NCBI RefSeq assembly: GCF_001194135.2
Contig: NC_068999.1
Location: 14,256,875 to 14,313,152, forward strand
Reading direction: 5' to 3'
DNA from: Octopus bimaculoides
Lineage: Eukaryota
Length of the DNA stretch: 56,278 bases
Made by a program: the position numbers and the translations under genes. Shown one piece after another: positions 27,708-40,112 of this stretch (its first letter is position 1; each line of letters begins with the position of its first letter). A model generated the notes under the pieces. The model saw only the letters and a program-made list of their open reading frames with translations. It was not told where the DNA came from and did no database searches.

Positions 27708-28137
27708 GTGAGTATATGTAAACAGAGTAACAATAGTCAATTCGGCGAGAGACAATCCATTCACATTGAGGATACGCAATCTATAATGTTTCAGTTACTA
27801 ACACTGCTTTTAATTGCTATAAAATTAAATGCTATACATCAATCGCTATTATACGTCATCAAAGTCTTTGTTCAATATTGATTTCCTTCAGGACACTTAA
27901 GGCTCTTTATAATCTAAAGGCGTTTACAATCACCTGCGAAGGTACTGGCGTTAAAGTGCTTACCGTCAACCTAAATCTTGTTAAGTTTATTCAATGTGTT
28001 GTTATCAATAATATTACTAGGTGATGTTCTAAAATGCCTATCGATTTACTGTTTGGTTCTATTTCCACCTGAAAAGTCACTTAACGGCTGAGTTATTTCC
28101 CCTATTCTAACATCTAAACGAATATTACAGATCAGAC

Positions 28138-28281
28138 ATTATTATTATTATTGTTCAGTAGTTTTATTTTTATAACGTGCTTTCACTTCACTACCGAGCG
28201 CAGCTCTGTGCGCCTTGGGTATGTGCTGTGGTTTGCTGTGGTGCTCTTATGTTTACTATTATTATTATTATTATTATTATT
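28138..28281 (-). mobile_element. Short 3' tail of a LINE (R4/Dong-like) embedded in (TAA)n
   Basis: About 105 bp of unique sequence between two (ATT)n runs; minus-strand AATAAA at 28164-28169 just before the tail; GCGCA/TGCGC stem-loop; family assignment from recall. Confidence 0.5.
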
Positions 28282-28316
28282 AGTAGTAGTAGTAGTAGTA
28301 CTAGTAGTAGTAGTAC

Positions 28317-28378
<62 letters not shown>

Positions 28379-28390
28379 TCATCATTATTA
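28258..28390. repeat. (ATT)n/(AGT)n trinucleotide microsatellite
   Basis: Directly visible. Confidence 0.96.
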
Positions 28391-28829
28391 TCATTGAGTG
28401 AGAGGACAATACATGGCACTGGGGTACAATTATACTAAGCCCTATATCGCCATCATGACTACCTGTGTCATAAGGGTACACCGGATACTTTAAACTGGGT
28501 GAATCTTTAGCCCGCTGATTTGATAAATGGTAAAAGAGAAATTTATGAATTATACATGTGGTTTATTTGCAGATTTCTTTGGTAACTCTTATAAATTGTC
28601 AAGGCGCGACAGCTTTACTCTAGGCAGCTAGGTAAGAGCCACTGACGAGTATTAATGAAAAATGTGAACTTGCTGATAATCTTGCTATGTCTTGGATGTT
28701 GCATGGAAGCTGCCTCCCTTGTCAGTCATAAGATAAGTGCTCTATCGTTGCTCAGAGCCATTTTAACTCATATTCTTAGCAATGTTGCTAATAACTAGTA
28801 CCCATAATCATTTTAATGACGCCTATAAT

Positions 28830-28881
<52 letters not shown>

Positions 28882-29253
28882 GTGTGTGTGTGTGTGCTTG
28901 CGAGTACAGGAATGTGTGCTTCTCGATAGGACTGCTTAAATGTGCTATCGTATACGAGTGTGTATAATTTGAATTGGGTGTAGTATTATAGAACGGACAC
29001 ACCAGTATACACTGTGTGAGTGTATTGAATAATCATTGCAAGTGTGAGTGAGTGAAAAGTTGAGTTAGTTAGATGAGGAATGATAGAGATTTGTGCAATC
29101 TCTTTGTCCATTCCAACTAGTTAGATTTCTCAGCGGTATTAAACAGTTAAAAGGAAATTCATTCCTCAATGGAAATAGAGCCTTGTGCCACCTATCATGC
29201 CATCAGCATTATTTTGGCAGACGTTATTCACAGAAATCCAAATTGACCAACAA

Positions 29254-29400
29254 GTATTAACAGTAACTGCACGATAAAGTGTAGTATATTGCCACTTAAG
29301 TGTGGCTGACCCCTAGGGGTGGATGTTACTGTTGCTTTTAGCCCCAGGAGGACATCTCCTCCAGCTGGCTTATCGACACACGACTGTGTCCTGTTTGCCA
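29254..29400 (+). repeat. GC-rich interspersed repeat arm (copy A), inverted relative to 31633-31782
   Basis: GTATTAACAGTAACTGCACGATAAAGTG...CCAGCTGGCTTATCGACACAC matches the reverse complement of 31633-31782. Confidence 0.9.
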
Positions 29401-31540
29401 AGGGAGTTATCCCTCTCACCACGACCAGCAGCACGAACGTATCCGGATTTCAGGGTTATTTCCCTTCATCGGCGTTCGACAGCTGATNNNNNNNNNNNNN
29501 NNNNNNNNNNNNNNNNNNNNNNNNNNNNNNNNNNNNNNNNNNNNNNNNNNNNNNNNNNNNNNNNNNNNNNNNNNNNNNNNNNNNNNNNNNNNNNNNNNNN
29601 NNNNNNNNNNNNNNNNNNNNNNNNNNNNNNNNNNNNNNNNNNNNNNNNNNNNNNNNNNNNNNNNNNNNNNNNNNNNNNNNNNNNNNNNNNNNNNNNNNNN
29701 NNNNNNNNNNNNNNNNNNNNNNNNNNNNNNNNNNNNNNNNNNNNNNNNNNNNNNNNNNNNNNNNNNNNNNNNNNNNNNNNNNNNNNNNNNNNNNNNNNNN
29801 NNNNNNNNNNNNNNNNNNNNNNNNNNNNNNNNNNNNNNNNNNNNNNNNNNNNNNNNNNNNNNNNNNNNNNNNNNNNNNNNNNNNNNNNNNNNNNNNNNNN
29901 NNNNNNNNNNNNNNNNNNNNNNNNNNNNNNNNNNNNNNNNNNNNNNNNNNNNNNNNNNNNNNNNNNNNNNNNNNNNNNNNNNNNNNNNNNNNNNNNNNNN
30001 NNNNNNNNNNNNNNNNNNNNNNNNNNNNNNNNNNNNNNNNNNNNNNNNNNNNNNNNNNNNNNNNNNNNNNNNNNNNNNNNNNNNNNNNNNNNNNNNNNNN
30101 NNNNNNNNNNNNNNNNNNNNNNNNNNNNNNNNNNNNNNNNNNNNNNNTATATATATATATATATATATATATTTAAAGATATATGTGCATGTTTGTGTGT
30201 GTATGTGTGTGTGTGTGTATCAGTGTGTATGTATAATTTTACTGTTTTATTTCTTTAGTTTTCCCATTTGTTTTCTTGCTTTGATGCAGCAATTTCTGAG
30301 ATTGAAGTGTGGCGGCTGCTGTGAAAACGTGTCTGGCATTAATGAATCACTAACGTAGATTAAAATCAATGTCCTTTTTTGTGTTAGTGACACATCACTT
30401 GAAGACTAACATAATCTAATGGCGGTCTTTCTTTTGATATGCCATGAAAGTTGCAAACAATATGGTATCCGTGTGATAAAGTCGGAATACATTTGTCTGA
30501 TAACATACGATATAGCTCTGTTTCTAATATTATTGTAAATGTGATAGTGTACTGGTGTATGCAAATGTTTCGAAATACGCTGTGTATTATTGAAATTCAT
30601 TCTACTACAGGAGCCATAGAATACTCTACAGCCTGTCCTGCATTCAAGAGTTTGGTGCGTAAATCCTACAAAACTGTGTGATGAAGTCCCGTGGTCAGCC
30701 ACCTAAATTAGAAACGGAAACGCTATAGATATATCTCAGAAGATGCCTACCGGATAATCGTATTCTAAAATAGGGAGAATGAGTTATTAAGTGAATATTT
30801 GATGGCGTTTTGTCACAAACAAATGCGTACAAATGTAATATACAGTATGTGACACAATTACAATATTATTTTCAATGTTAATCATGAATATTTAAACTGA
30901 CCTAATGGTTTTAGTAATTTTCTGTCCCGATGTTAAGGGAAGAATTGGCGTTTTGCATCTACATTAACAACTTTTGAGATATATAGTGAATATATGAAAG
31001 AGTATACTTTTGTTGAAATGTTTCAGATATGAAATAAATAATCAACATTCAATATTAATTATATATGTGCGTCTGTGTATACGTGCATTTAAGATGTAAG
31101 CATGTATATATGTGTGTGCTTGTGTTCAGGGCATTTTTGGCTGTATAAGCATGTGTATGATTGCATGCGCGCGCGTGAGAGCGTGTGTCTGTGTGAGTGC
31201 GTGTTCATAGATTAATTTCTGGCAATTTTCTGCAATAAAATTGTAAAAAGTAACTGTAATGTTACGCATTTGTTTTTTCATAAAAATGAACTGATGTAAA
31301 CGTGAGTAAAAGTTCATTTCAATTTAATATTTCCCTTTTCTTTACATTTTTGATATTTGAGTTGCGTAAAGACGTCATAAGCATGGGCATAACCAAATAT
31401 TTCAATATATGTGTGCAATCAAAAATAGCCAGTTCTGTCTCCCGTTGTCAAATGCCATTAAAAAGTACGACGAGGTAATTAGACGAAATATACTTATTTC
31501 TGGTAGAGAGATAGATATAGATATAAAACATAATATATAT

Positions 31541-31782
31541 AGTGAAGTATATTGCCACTTAAATGTGGCTGACCCATAGGGGTTGATGTTACTGTTGCTT
31601 CTAGCCCCAGGAGGACATCTCCTCCAGCTGTGGCAAAACAAACAGGGCACAGAAGTGTGTCGATAAGCCAGCTGGAGGAGATGTCCTCCTGGGGCTAAAA
31701 GCAACAGTAACATCCACCCCTAGGAGTTAGCCACATTTAAGTGGCAATATACTTCACTTTATCGTGCAGTTACTGTTAATAC
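31541..31782. repeat. Fold-back palindrome: 90-bp inverted arms with 38-nt spacer
   Basis: 31541-31630 versus reverse complement of 31669-31758 is 85/90 identical by manual alignment. Confidence 0.95.
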
Positions 31783-31987
31783 CTCATTTAGAGAATTAAC
31801 ATAATATATATANNNNNNNNNNNNNNNNNNNNNNNNNNNNNNNNNNNNNNNNNNNNNNNNNNNNNNNNNNNNNNNNNNNNNNNNNNNNNNNNNNNNNNNN
31901 NNNNNNNNNNNNNNNNNNNNNNNNNNNNNNNNNNNNNNNNNNNNNNNNNNNNNNNNNNNNNNNNNNNNNNNNNNNNNNNNNNNNNNN

Positions 31988-32036
<49 letters not shown>

Positions 32037-33484
32037 ATGTGTGTGTGTGTGGGTGTGTGTGTGTGTATGTATGTGTATGTGTTTGTGTATACATACGTAT
32101 ATATATGTATGTATGTATGCATGTATATATGTACATATTGGACTCTTCCCTTTTTCCTTTACAAAGAAGAGCTATGCTCGAACGTCGAAAGTTCTCCCAC
32201 TTTGCTGAGTGTCACACTAATAATTTTTTCTTCTTGTCCTCTCCTCTTTCGTTATTGTTAATTTTATTGTTCGTGTTATTGATTAGATGACATACACATG
32301 TGTATACACATGTATGTGTGTATGTGCATGTGTGTTTGCATGTTTATGTGATATGTAATACACACACGTACATCCACGCACACACAATCACAGAAACGCA
32401 CACGCACACACACTCACAGAAACGCACACGCACACATATATGCGTATGCATATAGGGTGCGATGAATAAATTGTCGCATAAATAATGTAAAGCTGAAGTA
32501 AATAAATTTTGTAAAACTGAAATAACACTGACATTTAATTTTAACTGATATATTTACCAAAATTACTTAAAAACGACTAACACGGTTTTTTCTCTTGTCG
32601 ATATGTTTCAAGTGTAATTGTTTTTCCATTTGTCGTTAATGGCTTTAGATAAAAATTCGGTCTTTCTCATCTTCTGTGAGAAATACCGTATGTCATCATG
32701 CACTAACTGGCTGTTAAGAACCTCAGACACTCACATGTCCCTGGTGAAGTACCTGATTGACTTGGGGAGAACGTTATAAATCAAGGCCTTGGACCTACCA
32801 AAAAATCAGGAGTTCTTTTCTTATAAGTGTGATCAAAATGTATTTTCTGAGCTGCCGCACCCTCGTAATCAACGTAAGATTCATTCAACTCTTTCCGAAT
32901 CCTTTGCCTTTTCCTCATATAGACACCCAAATTCTCTGAAAAGTTCATAGTGGAGCTTCTGTCGCGAATGCCAAGCAGTACATCGTGTCGTTTCCAAATC
33001 AGAAATATAAAATGGCGACAATTTACACATTGCCACCCGTATATTTACACACACACANNNNNNNNNNNNNNNNNNNNNNNNNNNNNNNNNNNNNNNNNNN
33101 NNNNNNNNNNNNNNNNNNNNNNNNNNNNNNNNNNNNNNNNNNNNNNNNNNNNNNNNNCTCTCTCTCTCTCTCTCTCTCTATTCGGCGTCTCAATAGGGTG
33201 CTATCTTAATCTTTTATCCCTTTAATGCCCTACTATGCACTTTACATTGCGCATTATCTCTAAAACTACAAAATCTAACGCCGTAAATTGTCTTCGGAAA
33301 TCAGTCATTTTGCACAACTCTCTCATTGAACCCACACTTTTTCACTTTTTTAGCATCACTTTTACTCTTCTAATACTCAACTGTTAATAGATGAACCCTA
33401 TAAAACAATATGCCATGTTACCCATGGTAAATTTACATGATGAATACTTATGTTAGTTTTCACCCGTCAGTCGTGCTTTGTCTG

Positions 33485-33672
33485 TATCTTTTCTCTATTC
33501 AATAGTACCTTGGATTCATTTGTAATGTCCTATCCCATAAAGTAGACTTATGGTAGTGTTCACTTGTCACGTCTGCATTGTGTGAATCTTCCTCATTCAA
33601 TAGTACCTTCCGTTCATTTCTAAATTTATATCCTATAAAGTAAACTCTTCACGTTTCGTTTCATTTGTCACT
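33485..33672. repeat. Degenerate ~100-bp tandem duplication
   Basis: ATTCAATAGTACCTT..TTCATTT..ATAAAGTA.ACT..TTGTCAC occurs twice. Confidence 0.65.
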
Positions 33673-34247
33673 CCATCAAAAGTGTAACGTTTTCTTTCAT
33701 GAGATCAGTTATCGTTTCTCCGTTGTGTAACTTCTGTCAGCTACCGGAGTATCTGTTGTAGCTTTCAATATCGGCTGAAATACGCGTTACGCACCATGAC
33801 GCGATGCACATCATCCATATTTACACATAGTAATTTTTTTCCATCACCCACAACACTGATGAAGCTAGCACAGGACATAAGGGTAATCGATCCTGTGCAC
33901 GGTCAAATTTGAAGGTTAAGAAAGACAAGCTTGTAATCGCTTATAATTCAATATGTCTAACTTTGTCAAAACATACGTAAATACCTGATCTGGTTTACCT
34001 TTATGAATTTCCTTTTTGTTTACATACATCTTTACATTGGGCAAGCGCACCCTAGTCTGAGAAAAGTATCATTTCAACGTGGACGGAAATCTATATTTCC
34101 TCTTTAATTTTGCACTGTAAGCAGATTCTACTTCCCATTGATATGTGCAACGCTGCTTTCTGCGATTTCTGCTGTTTCGGATTTGGGTCTATTACGCATG
34201 AATGGCAATAGTTGTTTTCCCAACTTAGGGCGATGGCGATGTTCATG

Positions 34248-34400
34248 ATGATGATGAGGAGGCGGAGGACGACGACGACGACGATTGTGATGATGATGAT
34301 GATGATGATGATGATATTGTTGTATTTGTTGTTGGTGTTGTTGTTGTTGTTGTTCTTCTTCTTCTTCTTCTTCTTCTTCTTCTTCTTCTTCTTCTTCTTC

Positions 34401-34436
<36 letters not shown>

Positions 34437-34456
34437 TTATTATTATTATTATTATT
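34248..34456. repeat. Compound trinucleotide array (GAT/GAC/GTT/CTT/ATT)
   Basis: Directly visible successive triplet motifs. Confidence 0.95.
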
Positions 34457-34502
34457 AGAGTGAAAATTAAGAGTGCCATTGTCATCTAGTGAGCGATATT
34501 TC

Positions 34503-34785
34503 GACATTCTGTTAACCACTTCGCCATATGCCCTTGGGCTACCAAAACCAAGATTCCCAGTTCGATGCCGGGCAGTGACCTGAATAATAATAATAATAAT
34601 AATATAAAAAAATACCTTAGGAATGAGAACACAAGTTCAAAATTTCCCCAATACACCTTATGAAGGCAGGAGGGTATATCAGCCGAAATGTTGTGTTAAC
34701 CACAAACACGATGAGGACAAATATCCGACAAATGTAAATAATGTAAATAATGCATTTAACGCTTCATCTCTTAAATATAGAACTG

Positions 34786-34790
<5 letters not shown>
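34503..34790 (+). mobile_element. tRNA-headed SINE-like element with (TAA)n linker and Penelope-like 3' part containing a degenerate minimal hammerhead ribozyme
   Basis: A-box TGGCGAAGTGG on minus at 34516-34526, B-box GTTCGATGC on plus at 34560-34568; ACAC-CTTATGA-AGGCAG..CAGCC-GAAA-TGTT-GTGT at 34653-34696. Confidence 0.6.
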
Positions 34791-34863
<73 letters not shown>

Positions 34864-34878
34864 CAGTAGTAGTAGTAT

Positions 34879-34920
<42 letters not shown>

Positions 34921-34931
34921 AAGTAGTAGTA
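34790..34931. repeat. (ATT)n/(AGT)n microsatellite
   Basis: Directly visible. Confidence 0.96.
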
Positions 34932-37140
34932 AGATGAGTGCGATGAGGGTGATGAGGATAACGAAGAAAAATGTGATGGATCTCATGAATATAATCTAAC
35001 GAAACTGAAGAAAAAAATAAGCACATACAAATAAGTGCATTTGCCCAAACAAAACTCACACATTCAAAAGCGTGGCATATGTACGCAACCGCATAGGCAC
35101 AAATGCAAATGCATATAAACATAAGACAAATACTTTCCCGTCGATACTAGAAATATAAGAATGATATAAAGGAATGCATATAAAGGAATATATCTAGGCG
35201 CATATATTTAGGCAATAGAGAATATATCATCTGAAGAACCCTCAAAATATAGTGATATAAATAGAGTTGGCTATACATGCACTCTTAGATATACAATATT
35301 CTACGCATGCAAACGTATTTACATGGGTAATTATTTTTCATCCATTGCCCGTTTAACTTCTGAACAAGTTCGTTTTTATCTATTAGGCGATGCACTGTAC
35401 CGCAAACAAATTTCTTAGGCACTGCTCTGTGCATATATGCGTTCTTGCATCTCTGCTTCCTGCATTGTTCCTTCCTGCATCTCTACTTCCTACATTTCTC
35501 CTTCCTGTCTTGAATTCCTGTTATGAATTCCTGCCACTGTTCTCTTCTCTCGACTGGTGACATGAAGATATATGTTTGTAACTTGTTTTCAACATTGTAG
35601 CACATTTTCAATCAGAGTATTCCGTAGGAATGTCTTTCTTCGAATCCTTATAATATGGATGAAATCTATAAAAGAAACGTATTACCTTTGGGTGACGTGT
35701 TATGATAATGTTTGCACTTCGTCTGCAGATATAGATCTCTCACGCTGTCTGGCACTTTCTTGCTGTCTCGTTCTGTCGCTCTCCCTCTCTCTCCGCCCTC
35801 TCTCACTCTCTCTCTCACTCACTGCCATCTTTCTGTATGTACGTATTTATGCATGATTGTGTATACCTATTTATATATATACACAAATACAAAAGTATTT
35901 AAGACTGTTTTCATGCTTTGAAAAATGAAGTTTAAATATATTTATTTTGCTCTTTAGTCATCTCTTTTATTTGGAAATACAAGTCATTTGTTTTTAATGA
36001 TATTTCATATAGACTTCAAACATTTCCTTTCACTGTTCACTAGAGAGTAATTATTTTCATATCTGTGAACCAGCAGACATTTCATTGGTAGAATTCCATT
36101 GACATTAAATGAATATTTAATGTAAAATCTAATAAACACATAATAATGTGTGGAGAAAAATATATCATTCTGGAAGTTACTTTTTATAAATAAAATTGTG
36201 TATGAACCTTTGATTGCACGATATATTATATTGACATGAAGCGAACTGGCTTAGATCCTACGTTACAACGAGGAAAATATGATTTGTTGTTCAAGAGACT
36301 TTGTGTGGAGAGAATGTTGATTCATTTGGAGGGGAGGGATAGGGATATAATATATGTTAACAACTTCATCGAATTTCAAATACTACTATATAATTGTATA
36401 TTAACTTGTCTGAACAATAGAAACCGATCTGTATCATTATTATAAAATATTAATTGGAGGGTAATAAGGGAAAGATTCACTCATAGATGTATTCATTGTG
36501 TATGTGAGGGGTTTTGTGTAGTTGTGTGTAAGAAAAAGTAAATACATTCACTAGAGATTCTCCTACTGAAAAGTGACTTCAATTCTGTTGTAAATTTCAG
36601 CCTAACAAGTGAAAGCACTTAAATAATCTTTCGTACCATTCTATCTTCTAATCGAAAGCCCCAAAAGCCGGTCCATTTACATCGATGTTATATCTCAAAA
36701 CCACTATCGGCTCTAATTGCTTTCTTTGTCTTTCAGCCTGGGAAACAAAGAGAATTAATATCATTGATTAGTGAATTGGAAATTTTGAATAATTGAAACG
36801 TACCAATATATCAAAATGGATATTTTACTATGATTTTACACAGATACACACAAACGCGCACGCGCCCGCACACACATACGCACACGCACACACACACACG
36901 CACATACACACATACATACACACACACACAAGCATATACATAATGGAAATTCATAGAAAAAGAAAAGATGGAGACAGGTGTATATATATATATATATATA
37001 TATATNNNNNNNNNNNNNNNNNNNNNNNNNNNNNNNNNNNNNNNNNNNNNNNNNNNNNNNNNNNNNNNNNNNNNNNNNNNNNNNNNNNNNNNNNNNNNNN
37101 NNNNNNNNNNGTATATGTACGTAGGCGCAGGAGTCACTGC

Positions 37141-37195
<55 letters not shown>

Positions 37196-37599
37196 GGTGT
37201 GTGTGTGTGTAGATAGATAGATACGTGCAGACTGTATGTATTCATACATACACACTTACACCACGCATAGACATGTGAATATTTATGTATGCGTCTGTGT
37301 ATGTCTGTGTGTGTAAATGTGCACTGGTCTATCCTTACACTGTGCATACAATGGAAACAGCGTACGTTTCGAATTACATGTGGCCACACAATATGTCTTT
37401 CATCAGCATTAGGTGAGTTTTTTTATAACGCAGTGGTTTTGCTGAAAAGTATCAAGGGTGATGGCTTGCCTCTCCCTCTTAATAACAGAAAATCATAGAT
37501 TAGCAAAGATAGAAACATTTGGCTTGGTGGCTCTTATTGAGTTACTCCTGCAAACATCTACGTGGATACATATGTCAAACGAAATCTGTGTCGTCTTCG

Positions 37600-37748
37600 T
37601 TGTCGCTGTCGTCGTCGTCGTCTTCTTCTTCTTCTTCTTCTTCTTCTTCTTCTTCTTCTTCTTCTTCTTCTTCTTCTTCTTCTTCTTCTTCTTCTTCTTC
37701 TTCTTCTTCTTCTTCTTCTTCTTCTTCTTCTTCTTCTTCTTCTTCTTC
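37600..37748. repeat. (GTC)n then long pure (TTC)n tract
   Basis: About 42 uninterrupted TTC units. Confidence 0.97.
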
Positions 37749-38174
37749 ATATTATTAGTTTTTCCTTCCTTCAGTATTGTTTCAATCTATTGCCGAATGT
37801 CTCTCCGCCACATAGGGCAACATGCTCACTGCGTTGATTGCTAGGCCATTAAACTAAACACATCAATTTCCAGATTGTCATTTTCATAATGTACAAAATG
37901 CATGAGTAAAAATAAAGTTTACATGGATGGTAGTCGTTCTCACAGCGACAATACATTTCTTAATATGTGTGAGGTGTGAGTGAAAACAAACATTTGCTCT
38001 TCTTGGATGGATTGATACAAGGGATCATTCTCTGATAATATTACCTCCTTTTTATTATCATTCCAACCATTCCAACCAATTCCATTTCAGATAGCGCTTG
38101 ATATATGCTGATGAAGGACAGGATTTTTCATGTTACTTACTCCAAGTTGTACCATGTCCTAAATATATATGGGT

Positions 38175-38390
38175 GTCGAATTTTGGTACAATGCCTGCAA
38201 TTTTGGAGGTTGGTGGTTAGGTCGAAAACATTGAGCACAACATTAACATGGGACTAATTTTATCGATCTCGAAATGATGAAAGGCAAATCGATCTCATCG
38301 GAATTTGAATTCAGGATGTAAACTCGGACAGAACTAAACATATCAGGGCAATTCTCCCGACGTCCTAACGACTTTCAACTCGCTGCGTTA
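38175..38390 (-). mobile_element. SINE family A, decayed near-complete copy
   Basis: TTTTATCGATCTCGAAATGATGAAAGGCAAA..CGGAATTTGAATTCAG matches other family A copies on the minus strand. Confidence 0.7.
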
Positions 38391-39840
38391 AATGGTTAAA
38401 TATCTCCCGTTCAGTACTATCATGATCACCACTTACTCCAGACGAAGTACGTTGTTATAGAATTGACTTGCCACTTCGAATTCACTTGCTACCTTTTTAA
38501 GTTCACTGATAGCTTTCAAACCTTACATCTGCATACATGACTCGAGACACAACGTGAAGTGTTTTGATGTTGCGTTTCGTGGCGAACATCAAATACCTTT
38601 TTAGTTTTTGCCTTCCCACTGTAAAAATGATGGTTTCAAAGCTAACAATAGCATCAGAAACATTTACGATGAAAAATGTAACTCTTCATATATCATTTAC
38701 ACTCTTAATCTGACGTAATTACAGTAATGTTAATAATTATATATGGCTTAACGCAACTTCTAATGATAATTTATTAATTATGTAATTGTGTTACGACTAA
38801 AAAGATACAATTCCTATCAATAGCCTTGATGTTATATGTCTATGAGTGTGTTTGTGTGTGTGTGTGATTAATATACGGGTGCGTGTTCATATATGTGTTT
38901 ATATATACGTGCGTGAGTGTGTGCGCGCGAGCAAGCCCGTGTGTACAGAAACATTCAAACACATACATACATCTGCCTTTGTGAGTGAGATTGTGTTAGC
39001 GTGTTGTTTCTGTATTAGATGCTTAGGAACGATATATAATGTATGATATTAAATTACGAGAAAAAAGAAAGAAAATAACCACTCGATATAAGCTATAAAC
39101 TGTAACGGAAGATGGCAAAGAAATTATCAATAATTTTCCTAAAATTTAATATATACACAGGATTTTATGATAACATTTAAGAGGAAATTGTTTGATCTGA
39201 AAATTAACAAATATTGTATTTATTAAATGTAACTATCTTTTCATGCTGAATATTTTATTTACTTTTTAGCATGCGGTCTAACGTTTGTAATTCTATGTGG
39301 AAAACAAATATTACTTGTTCCGATATTAAATTGTGTAGTAAATTCAAAATGAAAGCAGATGATAGGTCGTTAATTTGAACAAATAAAAAGGCTCTGATAT
39401 ATTTCAAATAAAAGAGAACCTTTAAAATAACGGATATTAATTAATTAAATATTACGTTCTTAGATCAAAGGCTTTATTACCATTTAACGTCAACCTTTGT
39501 CGTTGAATGACTTTTAAGTTACGTTTCTCACTAAAAATAAAATTATATACAATTGATATATGCAAGAAGAAAGGATTGAAAGACAGACAGATAGAAAGAA
39601 AGGAGCAATAAATAAACAAAGAAAGTAAGAAGTACTAAATGCATGAAGGAAGAAAAAAGAAAGCGAGAATGGAAAAAAATAACTTAGCATACAGGCAGAG
39701 AGAAGAGGAAAAATTGAGAGTATAAAAAGTGAAAGGCAACCGAGAAAGATAGTTGAAATGGCGTGTGGAACGGGGTAAAAATCCAATAGGATATCCACTA
39801 TGAATCCATAATAACAAATGCTGATGAAGAAGAAAGAACG

Positions 39841-40112
39841 GCAAACAGCAACAGATGTTGCCACAAATTGCAATCCAGTTAAGTCACACATGGATTTTTT
39901 TAAGATTCTCAGAAGCATTTACTCGGTTATTATATCTCGATAGTTCTTCAATGATATGCTAAATGACTTCCTTAGCAAACAGCCAGCAGATGTTGCCACA
40001 AATTACAATCCAGGAAAGTCACGCATGAAAATATTTAGGATCTACAGATGTATTTATTCGTTTATTATATCTCACTTGTTCTTCAACGATATGCTAAATT
40101 GCTTCCTTTGCA
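39841..40112. repeat. ~135-bp tandem duplication (2 copies)
   Basis: GCAAACAGC..CAGATGTTGCCACAAATT.CAATCCAG..TTATTATATCTC..GTTCTTCAA.GATATGCTAAAT occurs twice consecutively. Confidence 0.88.

Noticed and set aside
32453-34056. Tc1/mariner-like MITE bounded by TAGGGTGCG / CGCACCCTA
   Set aside because: Only 9 bp of inverted match and no transposase remnant recognised; insufficient support
35440-35530. 15-bp periodic TTCCTGCAT repeat as coding repeat
   Set aside because: Stops in all frames limit it to a short ORF; a degenerate minisatellite
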